DNA from: an uncultured Acidobacteriota bacterium | GTDB taxonomy: Bacteria; Acidobacteriota; Thermoanaerobaculia; Multivoradales; UBA5704 | Direction: 5' to 3' | DNA: 64,000 bases | Assembly (NCBI GenBank): GCA_963700145.1 | Contig: OY969474.1 | Span: 1,440,001-1,504,000 of the forward strand | In this document: positions 37,099-47,485 of the stretch, one piece after another | Position numbering within the stretch: position 1 is the stretch's first letter | How the letters are laid out: each line of letters starts with the position of its first letter | Notes under the pieces: model-generated | What the model saw: only the letters and a program-made list of their open reading frames with translations | What the model was told of the DNA's origin: nothing | Databases searched by the model: none | Program-made: the position numbers and the translations under genes

Positions 37099-39996
37099 AT
37101 GAGCAGACTCATCGGTTTGCGGACCGCAGTCCTCCTCGCCGCACTGCTGCTCGCGGCGACCGCGCCCGCCGCGGCGCAGCTCCAGACCGGCGACCTCTAC
37201 GGCACGACGCAGGACCAGGACGGCCAGCCGCTCCCCGGCGTGACGGTCACCCTCACCGGGGTCGGCGCCCCCCGCGTCCAGGTCACCGACGAGCAGGGGC
37301 GCTTCCGCTTCCTGCAGCTCTTCCCGGGCACCTACGCGCTGACCGCCGAGCTCCAGGGGTTCTCGCCGCTCGAGTATCCCGACCTCGCCGTCCGCATCGG
37401 CGGCAGGAGCGAGATCGAGCTGACGCTCAACGCGGCGGTGACCGACACCATCACGATCACCGGCGCCGCGCCGCTCATCGACGAGCGGGGGGTGAACCGC
37501 GGCGCGACGGTGGCGGCGGCCGAGCTGGACAGCGTGCCCACGGCGCGCGACCCCTGGTCTCTCCTCAGCCTGGCGCCGGGCGTCCAGGTCGACCGCGTCA
37601 ACGTCGGCGGCAACGAGAGCGGCCAGCAGTCGGGCTTCCTCGGCCCCGGTTCGCTCGACACCGAGAACACCTTCTCGGTGGACGGCGTGATCCTCAACGA
37701 CATGGCGGCGATCGGCGGCTCGGCGACCTACTTCGACTTCGGCGCCTTCGAGGAGGTGCAGATCACGGTCTCCAGCGCCGACGTCACGATCGCCACCGCC
37801 GGCGTCACCATCAACCAGGTCACCAAGCGCGGCACCAACGACTGGCGCGCCGCCGCCCGCTATCTGCAAACCGACGGCGGCCTGCAGTCGGAGCCGACCG
37901 TCGAGAACGGCAACAAGATCGACTCGGTCGAGGAGTACGGCGCCGACATCGGCGGGCCGCTGGTCAAGGACCGCCTCTGGATCTGGGCCTCCTACGGCGA
38001 AAGCGACATCCGCAACCTGGCGCCCAACCCGACCGGCGTCGGCCGCCTGGCGGACCGCACCGTCCTCGAGGACCTCAACGGCAAGCTCAACTTCCAGCTC
38101 GGGGACGCCAACTCCGGCGTCGGCCACTACTGGACCAACGACAAGCTCAAGTTCGGCCGGGTCTTCACCTTCCTCGGCAACCCGCTGGAGGAATCGACCC
38201 ACGACCAGACCACCCCCCAGACGATCCTCAAGGTCGAGGACACCCACCTCTTCGGCTCCAACTTCACGCTCACCGGGCTGTGGAGCAAGGATCACCCCGC
38301 GGAGTTCACCCTGACCCCGAAGGGGGGCCGCGACGCGGATATGTTCACCGACGCCGACAACATCCTGCACGGCACGAGCTTCGACTTCGCCCAGGACGCG
38401 GTGATCGAACAGGCGCGGCTCGACGCCAACTACTTCTTCACCGCCGGCTCGACCGACAACGAGCTGCGCTTCGGCGCCGGCTTCCGCGAGCAGGAGAACA
38501 ACTCGACGACCGTCTGGCCGCGCAACGTCAACGTCTTCTATTACGACGGGAGCCTGGCCATCGCCCGCTTCCCGCGCAGCCGCGTGCTGTCGATCAAGAC
38601 CGAGTACGACTCGGCGTGGATCCAGGACACGTTGAGCGTCGGCCCCTGGACGGTCGCCGCCGGTGTGCGCTACGACAAGCAGGGAGGCGAGAACCTGCCG
38701 AGCGTCAGCCCCGAGAACCCGAAGGCCCAGGGGCTCATTCCCGAGCTGCGCTTCCAGGGCAACGACGGCAACGAACTGGAGTGGGAGACGCTGGTGCCGC
38801 GGCTCTCCGTCACCCGCGCCTTCGGCGAGGAGCGCGGCACTCTGGCGCGGGCGACCTTCTCGCAGTTCGCCCAGCAGCTCGGGCAGAACTACTTCCTGCG
38901 CGTCAACCCGGCGGGCGGCTACTCCTACGCCTACTTCTACTTCACCGACGCCAACGGCAACCTGGTCCTCGACCAGGGCGAGGTGCCGAGCCTGTACTTC
39001 GCCTATCCCTACGGCTTCAACCCCGACGACCCCGGCAGCCTGGTGAGCGCCAACGTCAACGACCCCGACCTCGACCCGATGATGACCGACGAGGTGACGC
39101 TGGGCGTCGAGCACCGCTTCCGGTCCGACTTCGCGGGCGGCCTCACCCTCACCATGCGCCGGCTCAGAGACATCCCCACCGACGACGAATCACAGGGAAT
39201 GGTCGTCGACCCGGTGAGCGGGCTGGTGCGGCCGTGGACGCGCGCCGACTTCGAGCTCAAGGACACGGTCACCGGCACGAACCCCGACGGCTCGTCCTCG
39301 GGACCGATCCCGGTCTACGGCCTGCGCGACGACGTCGTCTTCACCGGCGGCTTCCTGTTGGCCAACACCGACAGCGAGCAGGACTACCTCGGCCTCTCCG
39401 CCAACTTCAACAAACGGTTGTCCAACCGCTGGTCGTCCCGCGGGCACGTCACCTGGAACGATTGGGAGTGGGACGTCGGCCCCCAGTCGATCCTCCACGA
39501 CGACCCGACCAACACCACCGACGACGGCTTGACCGCCGGCGACGGCAACGAGGTCTACGCCTCCGAGTCGGGGGGCGCCAAGGCGGACGTGTTCATCGGC
39601 TCGCGCTGGTCGTTCAACCTCTACGGCCTCTATCAAGTGGCGCCCGAGCGCCCCTGGGGCTTCAACGTCGCGGCGGGCGTCACCGGGCGTGAGGGGTACC
39701 CGTCGCCGCCGGTCTTCCGGGCGTCGCGCGGCGATCCGGGGCGGGTCCTGGCGCAGACGACGAGCGCGATCGACGAGTTCCGCAACGACGACATCATCGT
39801 GTTCGACGCCCGCGTCGAGAAGGAGTTCGAGGTCGGCGACGTCACCCTGCTCGTGGGGATCGACGGCTTCAACCTGACCAACGAGAACTACATCCTGCAG
39901 CGCGACCGGCGGCTCGACCTCGGGAGCGCGAACGTGGTGCGGGAGCGGCTGAGCCCGCGGGTCGTGCGGTTGGGGCTGACCTTGCGCTGGCGCTAG
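37099..39996 (+). CDS. Oar-like TonB-dependent receptor with carboxypeptidase-regulatory-like N-domain
   Basis: Signal peptide, LPGVTVTL, PTARDPW, NQVTKRGTN, GGPLVKDRLW, C-terminal PRVVRLGLTLRW. Confidence 0.92.
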   Translation: MSRLIGLRTAVLLAALLLAATAPAAAQLQTGDLYGTTQDQDGQPLPGVTVTLTGVGAPRVQVTDEQGRFRFLQLFPGTYALTAELQGFSPLEYPDLAVRIGGRSEIELTLNAAVTDTITITGAAPLIDERGVNRGATVAAAELDSVPTARDPWSLLSLAPGVQVDRVNVGGNESGQQSGFLGPGSLDTENTFSVDGVILNDMAAIGGSATYFDFGAFEEVQITVSSADVTIATAGVTINQVTKRGTNDWRAAARYLQTDGGLQSEPTVENGNKIDSVEEYGADIGGPLVKDRLWIWASYGESDIRNLAPNPTGVGRLADRTVLEDLNGKLNFQLGDANSGVGHYWTNDKLKFGRVFTFLGNPLEESTHDQTTPQTILKVEDTHLFGSNFTLTGLWSKDHPAEFTLTPKGGRDADMFTDADNILHGTSFDFAQDAVIEQARLDANYFFTAGSTDNELRFGAGFREQENNSTTVWPRNVNVFYYDGSLAIARFPRSRVLSIKTEYDSAWIQDTLSVGPWTVAAGVRYDKQGGENLPSVSPENPKAQGLIPELRFQGNDGNELEWETLVPRLSVTRAFGEERGTLARATFSQFAQQLGQNYFLRVNPAGGYSYAYFYFTDANGNLVLDQGEVPSLYFAYPYGFNPDDPGSLVSANVNDPDLDPMMTDEVTLGVEHRFRSDFAGGLTLTMRRLRDIPTDDESQGMVVDPVSGLVRPWTRADFELKDTVTGTNPDGSSSGPIPVYGLRDDVVFTGGFLLANTDSEQDYLGLSANFNKRLSNRWSSRGHVTWNDWEWDVGPQSILHDDPTNTTDDGLTAGDGNEVYASESGGAKADVFIGSRWSFNLYGLYQVAPERPWGFNVAAGVTGREGYPSPPVFRASRGDPGRVLAQTTSAIDEFRNDDIIVFDARVEKEFEVGDVTLLVGIDGFNLTNENYILQRDRRLDLGSANVVRERLSPRVVRLGLTLRWR

Positions 39997-40052
39997 GAGC
40001 CCGTCGCGCTGGTCGCGCGACGGAAAGCGCTCCTAGCCATTGATCGGAGCCC

Positions 40053-40076
40053 GGCGCGAAAGCTTTCGCGCCTTTT
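40053..40076 (+). terminator. Intrinsic terminator after the TonB receptor gene
   Basis: Perfect palindrome GGCGCGAAAGCTTTCGCGCC followed by TTTT. Confidence 0.6.
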
Positions 40077-40106
40077 CGCGCCGGGTGTCGCCGTTAGAAT
40101 CCTGCC

Positions 40107-42176
40107 ATGCTCAGGGCAGCCGGGGCGCTCCTCGTCCTCCTCGCATCGCCGGCCGCCGCGGCGCCGCGGCCGGACGTCCTGCTCGTCACCATCGACACCC
40201 TGCGCGCCGACGCTCCCGGCTTCGCCGGCAACCGGCGCGCCGCGACGCCGAACCTCGACGGCCTGGCCGCGAGCGGGCGGGTCTTCACCGCCGCGCACGC
40301 CCACAACGTCGTCACCCTGCCGTCGCACGCCAACATCCTCACCGGCCTCTACCCCTACCAGCACGGCATCCGCGACAACAGCGGCTTCCGGCTGCCGGCG
40401 ACGCTGCCCACGCTAGCGACGGTGCTGCGCCAGGCCGGCTATGCCACCGGCGCCTTCGTCGGCGCCTACCCGCTCGACTCGCGCTACGGGCTCGACCGCG
40501 GCTTCCAGGTCTACGACGACCGCACCACCCAGGGCGCCGACGAGACCCAGTTCGTGCTCGCCGAGCGGCCGGGCAACGAGGTCGTCGCGGCGGCGCTCGC
40601 CTGGTGGCAGGCGCGGCGCGGCAAGCCGCGCTTCGCCTGGGTGCACCTCTACGATCCGCACGCCCGCTATGCGCCGCCCGAGCCCTGGGCGACGCGCTTC
40701 AAGAGCGATCCCTACGCCGGCGAGGTGGCCGCCACCGACGCCTTCCTGGCGCCTCTCCTGCGCCCCCATCTCGAGGGACGCGAGCCGCCCTGCCTCGTCG
40801 TCGTCACGGGCGACCACGGCGAGGGCCTGGGCGACCACGGCGAGGAGACCCATGGCCTCTTCGCCTACGAAGCGACCTTGAAGGTGCCGCTCGTCCTCTG
40901 GGGCGCCGGCGTGGCGCGCGGCCGCGACGGGCGCGCCGCACGCCACGTTGACATCTTCCCGACGGTCCTCGGGGCGCTGGGGCTGCCGGCCCCCGCCGCG
41001 GCGGGACAGGTGCGCCCGGGGCGGTCGCTCCTTGCCGGCTGGAAGGACGAGCCCGACACCTACTTCGAGGCCCTGTCGGCGGCGCTCAACCGCGGCTGGG
41101 CGCCGCTGCGCGGCGTCCTGCGCCGCGCCGGTCCGCGGGCGCTCAAGTTCATCGCGCTGCCGCTGCCCGAGGTCTACGACCTGACCGCCGACGCAGCCGA
41201 AAGCCGGAACCGCCTCGACCAGGAGCGGCGGGCGGCGCGCGCCGCCTTCGACCTCCTGCCCGCCGAGTCGCAGTGGCCGCCGCCGCGCGGGGCCGTCAGC
41301 GCCGAGGAGGAGGCGCGGCTGCGCACCCTGGGCTACATCGCCGCCTCGGGGTCCGCGGCGCGGACCAGCTTCGGGCCCGAGGACGATCCCAAGAACCTCG
41401 TCGCGCTCGACCGCAAGATCCACCAGCTCATCGACGCCTATTCCCTGGGCGACCTGCCGCGCGCGCTCCAGCACGCCCGGGAGCTGGTGGCGACGCGGCC
41501 GATGCCGCTCGGCTACGACCTGCTGGTCAACTGCCTGCTCGAGGCGGAGCGCGAGGCGGAGGCCCTCGCCGTCATGGAGAAGGCGCGCGCCACGGGCAAG
41601 GCCTCCGACAGCCTGCGCCGCCAGCTCGGCCTGACGCTGGCCGGCGCCGGCCGGACCGGCGACGCGATCGCCGTCCTCCAGCCGCTCGCCGACGCCGGCG
41701 ACCTCGACGCGCTGAACGCGCTCGCGGTGGCCCACTCGGAGGCCGGCCGGCAGCGCGAGGCCTACGAGACGCTCCAGCGGGTGCTGGCCACTGACGCCGA
41801 GAACCCCAAGGCCTGGGAGTCGATCGGCCTGGTCGAGCTCCGCCTCGGCCACTGGCAGCAGGCGCGCGACGCCTCGCGCAAGGCGCTCGCCAGGCGGGCG
41901 GGGCTGGCCCAGGCCTGGAACAACCTCGGCGTCGCCCTCTTCCAGCTCGGCGACGTCAAGGGTGCCCTCGAGGCCTGGAGCGAGGCGGTCGAGCGCCGGC
42001 CCGACCTCTGGGACGCGCTCTGGAACCTGGGCCTGCAGGCGGCGAAGCACGGCCGCCCCGACCTGGCGCGGCCGGCGCTGGCGCGCTTCGCCGCCGACGC
42101 CCCGGCCGCCAAGTACGCCGAGGACCGCGCCCGCGCCCGCACGCTCCTCGACCAGCTCCCGAAGGGGCCGGGTTGA
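40107..42176 (+). CDS. Sulfatase-like hydrolase + TPR
   Basis: IDTLRAD, TLPSHANILTG, HLYDPH, GDHGE; C-terminal TPRs (AWNNLGVAL). Confidence 0.9.
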   Translation: MLRAAGALLVLLASPAAAAPRPDVLLVTIDTLRADAPGFAGNRRAATPNLDGLAASGRVFTAAHAHNVVTLPSHANILTGLYPYQHGIRDNSGFRLPATLPTLATVLRQAGYATGAFVGAYPLDSRYGLDRGFQVYDDRTTQGADETQFVLAERPGNEVVAAALAWWQARRGKPRFAWVHLYDPHARYAPPEPWATRFKSDPYAGEVAATDAFLAPLLRPHLEGREPPCLVVVTGDHGEGLGDHGEETHGLFAYEATLKVPLVLWGAGVARGRDGRAARHVDIFPTVLGALGLPAPAAAGQVRPGRSLLAGWKDEPDTYFEALSAALNRGWAPLRGVLRRAGPRALKFIALPLPEVYDLTADAAESRNRLDQERRAARAAFDLLPAESQWPPPRGAVSAEEEARLRTLGYIAASGSAARTSFGPEDDPKNLVALDRKIHQLIDAYSLGDLPRALQHARELVATRPMPLGYDLLVNCLLEAEREAEALAVMEKARATGKASDSLRRQLGLTLAGAGRTGDAIAVLQPLADAGDLDALNALAVAHSEAGRQREAYETLQRVLATDAENPKAWESIGLVELRLGHWQQARDASRKALARRAGLAQAWNNLGVALFQLGDVKGALEAWSEAVERRPDLWDALWNLGLQAAKHGRPDLARPALARFAADAPAAKYAEDRARARTLLDQLPKGPG

Positions 42177-44371
42177 AGCCGGGCGGCGCCGCGGCCGTCG
42201 CCCTGGCCCTGGTCGTCCTCGCCGGCTGCGCCCGCGGCGGCGCGCCGGGGGTGGCGGCCGGGACGCCCGTCGTCCTCGTCTCGATCGACACCCTGCGCTC
42301 CGACCACCTGCCGGCCTACGGCTATCGGGGCGTCGAGACGCCGGCGATCGACGCGCTGCGTCGCGACGGCGTCCTCTTCGAGCGCGCCTACACGGTGACC
42401 CCGCTCACCTTCCCCGCCCACGCCTCGCTCCTGACCGGCCTCTGGCCGGAGGCGCACGGCGTGCGCGACAACGTCGGCTATCCGCTCGACGAGGCGAAGA
42501 TCGCCGCCGGCGACCTCCCCTATCTGCCGCACCTCCTGCGCACGGCCGGCTACGCCACCGGCGCCGCGGTGTCGGCCTACGTGCTCCAGGGGCGGGGCGG
42601 GCTGCGCGCCGGCTTCGACCTCTACGAGGACGACATCGAGTACCAGACCGGCCGCGGGCTGGGCGGGCTGCAGCGCGCCGGCGGCGAGACCCTGCGCCCG
42701 GCGCTCGCGTGGCTGCGCGGCGTCGCCGGGAAACCGTTCTTCCTCTTCCTCCACCTCTACGAGCCGCACACCCCGTACGACCCGCCGGCGCCGTTCGCCA
42801 AGCCCGGCCGGTCGCCCTACGACGGCGAGATCGCCGCCGCCGACGCCGTCGTCGGCGACCTCCTGGCGGAGCTGCGCCGGCTCGGGGTCTACGACCGGGC
42901 GATCGTCCTGCTGGTCTCCGACCACGGCGAGGGGCTGGGCGAGCACGGTGAGGCGGAGCACGGCGTCCTGCTCTACCGCGAGGCGATCCAGGTGCCGCTG
43001 CTGCTCAAGCTCCCGGACGGGCAGCGCGCCGGGACGAGCGTCGCGGCGCCGGTCTCGCTCGTCGACGTGGCGCCCACCCTGGCCGAGCTGCTCGACCTGC
43101 CGCGCTCGCCGGCCTGGCCCGGCCGGTCGCTCCTGGAAGACGCCGGCGGCGCCGCCGGCGAGCGGGCGATCTACGCCGAGACCTTCTACCCGCGGCTGCA
43201 CTTCGGCTGGAGCGAGCTCGCCGCGGTCGTGCAGGGCGACCGGCATCTCATCGAGGGCCCGGACCCGGAGCTCTACGACCTGCGGCGCGACCCGGCGGAG
43301 CGCCGGAACCTGCGCGCCAGCGAGCGGCGGGCCTTCGCGGCGCTGCGGCGGGCCCTCGACGACCACGACCGCCGCCTGCGGCCGCCGGCGGCGGTGGACG
43401 AGGAGTCGCGCCGCGCCATGATCGCCCTGGGCTACGTCGGCAGCGGCGGCGGAGGCGAGACGTCCGGCGAGCCGCTCCCCGATCCCAAGACGCGAGTGGG
43501 ATCGCTCGGCGACCTCCAGACCGGCTTCCGCCACGCCGCCCGCCGCGAGCACGCGGCCGCCGCGGCCGCCTTCCGGCGGGTCCTCGCCGAGAACCCGCGG
43601 ATGCCCGACGCCTGGGAGTTCCTGGGCCACAGCCTGGCCAAGCTCGAGCGGCCCGAGGAGGCGCTCGCCGCCTATCGCGAGGCGCTGCGCGCCAGCGAGG
43701 GCTCGCCGCACATCGCCATGTCGGCGGCCTCGCTCTACCTCGAGCTCGGACGGCTGGAAGACGCCGAGCAGCACGCCCGCCTGGCGCTCGTCGCCCACCC
43801 CTCGTTCGCGCACGGGCTCTTGGCGCAGATCGCCCTGGCGCGCGGCGACCTCGCCGCGGCCGAGAGCGCGGCGCAGGCCTCGGCCGAGAAGGGATCGGCG
43901 CGCGTCCGGCCGCTCCTCACCCTCGCCGCCGTGCGCCACGCCCAGGAGCGCTACGAGGAGGCGCTGCGGCTGATCGACCAGGCGGTGCTGGTCTACCGGG
44001 AGCGCAGGACGCCGGACCCGGAGCTGCTGCAGGGGCTCCACCTGCTGCGCGGCCGGGCCCTGGCCGATCTCGGCGACGTCGCCGCCGCCGAGGCCGCCTT
44101 CCAGCGCGAGATCGAGCTCTTCCCCGCCGACCCGCGCGCCTACTCCAACCTGGCGCTGCTCTACGCCCTCGCCGGCCGCCCGCGCGCCGTCGGCCCCACC
44201 CTGCGACGGATGGTCGAGGACCACCCCTCGGCCGCCGCCTACGCCGAGGCAGTCAAGACCCTGCGCGTCCTCGAGCTGCGCGCCGAGGCCGAGCAGGTCT
44301 TGCGCAAGGGGCGCCGCCTCTATCCCGGGAACCCGCTGCTCACAACACTGGCGACGAAGGCGACCGGGTGA
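42173..44371 (+). CDS. Sulfatase-like hydrolase + TPR, lipoprotein
   Basis: LAGC lipobox, IDTLRSD, TFPAHASLLTG, HLYEPH, SDHGE; TPRs. Confidence 0.9.
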   Translation: MKPGGAAAVALALVVLAGCARGGAPGVAAGTPVVLVSIDTLRSDHLPAYGYRGVETPAIDALRRDGVLFERAYTVTPLTFPAHASLLTGLWPEAHGVRDNVGYPLDEAKIAAGDLPYLPHLLRTAGYATGAAVSAYVLQGRGGLRAGFDLYEDDIEYQTGRGLGGLQRAGGETLRPALAWLRGVAGKPFFLFLHLYEPHTPYDPPAPFAKPGRSPYDGEIAAADAVVGDLLAELRRLGVYDRAIVLLVSDHGEGLGEHGEAEHGVLLYREAIQVPLLLKLPDGQRAGTSVAAPVSLVDVAPTLAELLDLPRSPAWPGRSLLEDAGGAAGERAIYAETFYPRLHFGWSELAAVVQGDRHLIEGPDPELYDLRRDPAERRNLRASERRAFAALRRALDDHDRRLRPPAAVDEESRRAMIALGYVGSGGGGETSGEPLPDPKTRVGSLGDLQTGFRHAARREHAAAAAAFRRVLAENPRMPDAWEFLGHSLAKLERPEEALAAYREALRASEGSPHIAMSAASLYLELGRLEDAEQHARLALVAHPSFAHGLLAQIALARGDLAAAESAAQASAEKGSARVRPLLTLAAVRHAQERYEEALRLIDQAVLVYRERRTPDPELLQGLHLLRGRALADLGDVAAAEAAFQREIELFPADPRAYSNLALLYALAGRPRAVGPTLRRMVEDHPSAAAYAEAVKTLRVLELRAEAEQVLRKGRRLYPGNPLLTTLATKATG

Positions 44372-44463
44372 GCGCCGGCGCCGCCGGCAAGCCCGAAACC
44401 GCCGCATTCGCCGGCGCGTAGTCTGGAGGGCGCAGGCACTTCTCGAACCTCGGAGGTCGCGCC

Positions 44464-44853
44464 ATGTCCGAAGACGTCTCGACGCTCCGCCTGTATCTGA
44501 TGAGGTTCCTGTATCTGGGCAACTTCGTAGGGCTCGGGCTCTCGGTTTGGCCCGCGATCATCAACCACGAGGGAACCTGGGACCCGGTGCGCGGCGTGGC
44601 CTTCTGCTTCTGGGCGGCGCTGTCGGCGCTGTCGGGGTTGGGGATCCGCTACCCGCTCAAGATGTTGCCGGTGCTCCTCATGCAACTGCTCTACAAGGCG
44701 ATCTGGTTGACCGTGGTCTGGCTCCCGTTGAGGGCCGCCGGCCAAACGACGGGGCTCACCAAGGGCATGGTCATCGGGCTGGTCGCGGACCTGATCGTCA
44801 TTCCCTGGCCCTACGTGTGGTCGAATTACGTGACGAAGCGTGGAGATCGATAG
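44464..44853 (+). CDS. Small four-TM membrane protein
   Basis: SD GGAGGT; GIRYPLKMLPVLL. Confidence 0.8.
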   Translation: MSEDVSTLRLYLMRFLYLGNFVGLGLSVWPAIINHEGTWDPVRGVAFCFWAALSALSGLGIRYPLKMLPVLLMQLLYKAIWLTVVWLPLRAAGQTTGLTKGMVIGLVADLIVIPWPYVWSNYVTKRGDR

Positions 44854-44855
44854 CG

Positions 44856-45425
44856 ATGATCCGGACCCTTCTGATCGCGGCGATCGGCCTCCTGGCCGGG
44901 TGCCTGGGGTCCGACCAGCCGACGCGCGATGCCGGGCTCGACTACCGGGGCGACGGCGAGTTCGTCGATCACGGGCCCGACGCGGCCATCCGGCGCTACG
45001 TGCTCGATCTCGGAAAGCTCGACCTCACCGCCGTGGGGAGCCGCGAGTTCTCGCTCGCCGGGCTGCCGGCCGAGGAGCTCACCGTCGGGCTGCAGGTCGT
45101 CGCCCGCGCCGAGCCGCGCGAGGCGCTGTACGACACCTCCCCGCTCGGCGCCACGCTCCGGCTGGAGCTGGTCGACGAGCGCGGGGATGCCCTCATCGCG
45201 GAGGAGGCGCCGCTGACGGCCTGGACCTGGTCCGGCACCGGCGGAGAGAAGTCCTGGTCCTTCGTCTACCTGCGCGGCGACACCGGCGGGGACTCCTCGT
45301 TCACCGCTCGCCCCGGCGGCAGGTACAAGGCGACCTTCACGGTCGTCCGACCCGATCCGGGCGCGGCGGCCTACGTGGTCACCGCCAGGGCCTCCGGCGG
45401 AGGCTGGAAGGTGCCGGGGGAGTGA
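44856..45425 (+). CDS. Hypothetical lipoprotein
   Basis: MIRTLLIAAIGLLAGC lipobox. Confidence 0.75.
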   Translation: MIRTLLIAAIGLLAGCLGSDQPTRDAGLDYRGDGEFVDHGPDAAIRRYVLDLGKLDLTAVGSREFSLAGLPAEELTVGLQVVARAEPREALYDTSPLGATLRLELVDERGDALIAEEAPLTAWTWSGTGGEKSWSFVYLRGDTGGDSSFTARPGGRYKATFTVVRPDPGAAAYVVTARASGGGWKVPGE

Positions 45426-45502
45426 TGAGACCCCTGCGCATCGCGCAGGCCAAGACGTCGAGCGCGACCGATGACCGACACCCGCCGCCAGGAGGCCTGC
45501 GC

Positions 45503-45796
45503 ATGACGATCTCCGCAATGCTGAAGCGCCCTAGCGCGTTCCTGCCGCTGGTCCTCGCGTCCGGCGCAGTTCTCACCATCCTCGTCCACCTTGCCCGTTT
45601 TGGCCCCGCGCCGCAAGCCGACGAGGGCACGGCCGCCCACGTCTGGCAGCTGCTCATGCTCCTGCAGCTGCCTGCCATGGGGTTCTTCGCGATCAAGTGG
45701 CTGCCGGAGGCCCCGAGGCAGGCGCTGATCGTCCTGGCGCTGCAAGTCGCCGCCATCGGCGCGGCCTTGGCGCCCGTGGCTTTGCTTCACTGGTGA
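45503..45796 (+). CDS. Small three-TM protein (DEGTAAH motif)
   Basis: SD AGGAGG; hydrophobic ORF. Confidence 0.75.
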   Translation: MTISAMLKRPSAFLPLVLASGAVLTILVHLARFGPAPQADEGTAAHVWQLLMLLQLPAMGFFAIKWLPEAPRQALIVLALQVAAIGAALAPVALLHW

Positions 45797-45805
45797 CCGA
45801 TCGGC

Positions 45806-46147
45806 ATGGCCAAGCGCATCGTGACGGCGATCGTCGGCAGCATCCTCGCGATGTTGTTTACGGCCGTTGGAGTGCTGGGGTCGTGGATGTACTTCGCGAG
45901 CCGAAGCGTAGGACTGTACATGGACATCCAGCTCGGAGCGGTGAGGCTGACGGGCGAGCCCTTACTGGCCGTGTTCGGCATCCTGTTGACCCTGGCCGCC
46001 GTCTTCGGCGTGCTCGGAGTCCGTGTTCTTTCGTCCCGCAAGGACGGCTCGATCAGCTGGGTGCGCATGTCCGCGGTATGAGTCGCTGTGTTGGCCGGCA
46101 GCGCCGCCTGTTTCATCGTGCTCGGAGGTATCTTTCTCAGCGATTAG
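45806..46147 (+). pseudogene. Three-TM protein interrupted by an in-frame TGA at 46079-46081
   Basis: The frame continues VAVLAGSAACFIVLGGIFLSD to TAG 46147, which abuts the next ATG. Confidence 0.55.
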
Positions 46148-47485
46148 ATGAGCGACGCCCTGCCGCCGCCCCTCGCCGGCCCCCTCTTCCGCCGCCGCCT
46201 CGACGGCTCGCTGCCGCTCGCCGTGCGCGGTGCGGGATGCTGGATCGAGGACGCCGCCGGCCGGCGCTACCTCGACGCGGTGGGCGGCGCCTACACCGTC
46301 AACCTCGGCCACGGCGTCGAGGAGATCGCGCGGGCGATCGGCGAGCAGGCGCGCACGCTCGCCTACGTCAACGGCATGCAGTTCACCAACGCGGCGGCCG
46401 AGGAGCTGGCGGCCGAGCTCGCCGAGGTGCTGCCGCCGCCGCTCCGCCATAGCTACTTCCTGACCAGCGGCTCGGACGCGATCGAGGCCGCGGTCAAGCT
46501 GGCCCGCCAAGTCTGGGTGGAGCGCGGGCGGCCGGGAAAGTGGAAGGTGATCAGCCGCCGCCCCTCGTACCACGGCAACACCCTGGCAGCGTTGGCTCTC
46601 TCGGGGCGCGAGTCCTACCGGCGGCCGTACTTGCCGCTCCTCCTCGACCTGCCGTCCGTCCCGGCCCCCGACCCCTACCGCAATCCCGCTTCTCCGGCCT
46701 GCACCGGGGAGGCACTGGTCGAGGAGCTCGAGCGGCAGGGCCCGGAGACCGTCGCCGCCTTCCTCTTCGAGCCGGTCCTCGGCAGCGCCGGCGGCGCGGT
46801 CGTGCCCGGCCCGGCGCACTACGAGCGGATCGCGGCGCTCTGCCGCGAGCACGACGTCCTGCTCATCGCCGACGAGGTGCTGACCGGGATGGGGCGCACC
46901 GGCCGCTGGCTGGCGATCGACCACTACGATCTCGCGCCCGACGTCCTGGTCCTCGGCAAGGGCCTCTCCGGCGGGTACGCTCCGCTCTCGGCGATGGTCG
47001 CGACCGACGAGATCCTCGACACCCTGCGGCAAGGCAGCGGGAACTTCGTGCACGCCCAGACCTTCTCGCACACCCCGGTCGTCTGCGCCGCCGGGCTGGC
47101 GGCGCTGCGAGTCTTGAAGCGCGACCGGCTGGTCGAGCGCTGCGCGGCGCTCGCGCCCCGGCTGCGCGCCGCGCTCCAGCCGCTCGCCGCGCTGCCGCTG
47201 GTCGGGGACGTGCGGTCGATCGGCCTCTTCGCCGCGGTCGAGCTGGTCGCCGACCGGGAGAGCCGGGAGCCGCTGCCGCGCGCGCGGCGGCTGGCCGAGC
47301 GCGTCGCGGCGCGGGCCCGCGACCACGGGTTGCTAGTGTGGTCGAACGGCGGCCACATCGACGGCGAGCGCGGCGACCTCGTGCTCGTGGCGCCGCCGTT
47401 CACGATCGCCGAGGACGAGCTAGACGAGATCGGCGCGCGTCTCGGGCGGGCGCTCGCCGAGGTGGCGCAGGAGGAGGCGCGATGA
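46148..47485 (+). CDS. Class III PLP aminotransferase
   Basis: YLDAVGG, SGSDAIE, SYHGNT, LIADEVLTGMGRTG, GKGLSGGYAP. Confidence 0.95.
   Translation: MSDALPPPLAGPLFRRRLDGSLPLAVRGAGCWIEDAAGRRYLDAVGGAYTVNLGHGVEEIARAIGEQARTLAYVNGMQFTNAAAEELAAELAEVLPPPLRHSYFLTSGSDAIEAAVKLARQVWVERGRPGKWKVISRRPSYHGNTLAALALSGRESYRRPYLPLLLDLPSVPAPDPYRNPASPACTGEALVEELERQGPETVAAFLFEPVLGSAGGAVVPGPAHYERIAALCREHDVLLIADEVLTGMGRTGRWLAIDHYDLAPDVLVLGKGLSGGYAPLSAMVATDEILDTLRQGSGNFVHAQTFSHTPVVCAAGLAALRVLKRDRLVERCAALAPRLRAALQPLAALPLVGDVRSIGLFAAVELVADRESREPLPRARRLAERVAARARDHGLLVWSNGGHIDGERGDLVLVAPPFTIAEDELDEIGARLGRALAEVAQEEAR

Noticed and set aside
44464-46147. Run of small membrane genes as integron cassettes
   Set aside because: No attC-like AAC...GTT palindromes between them.
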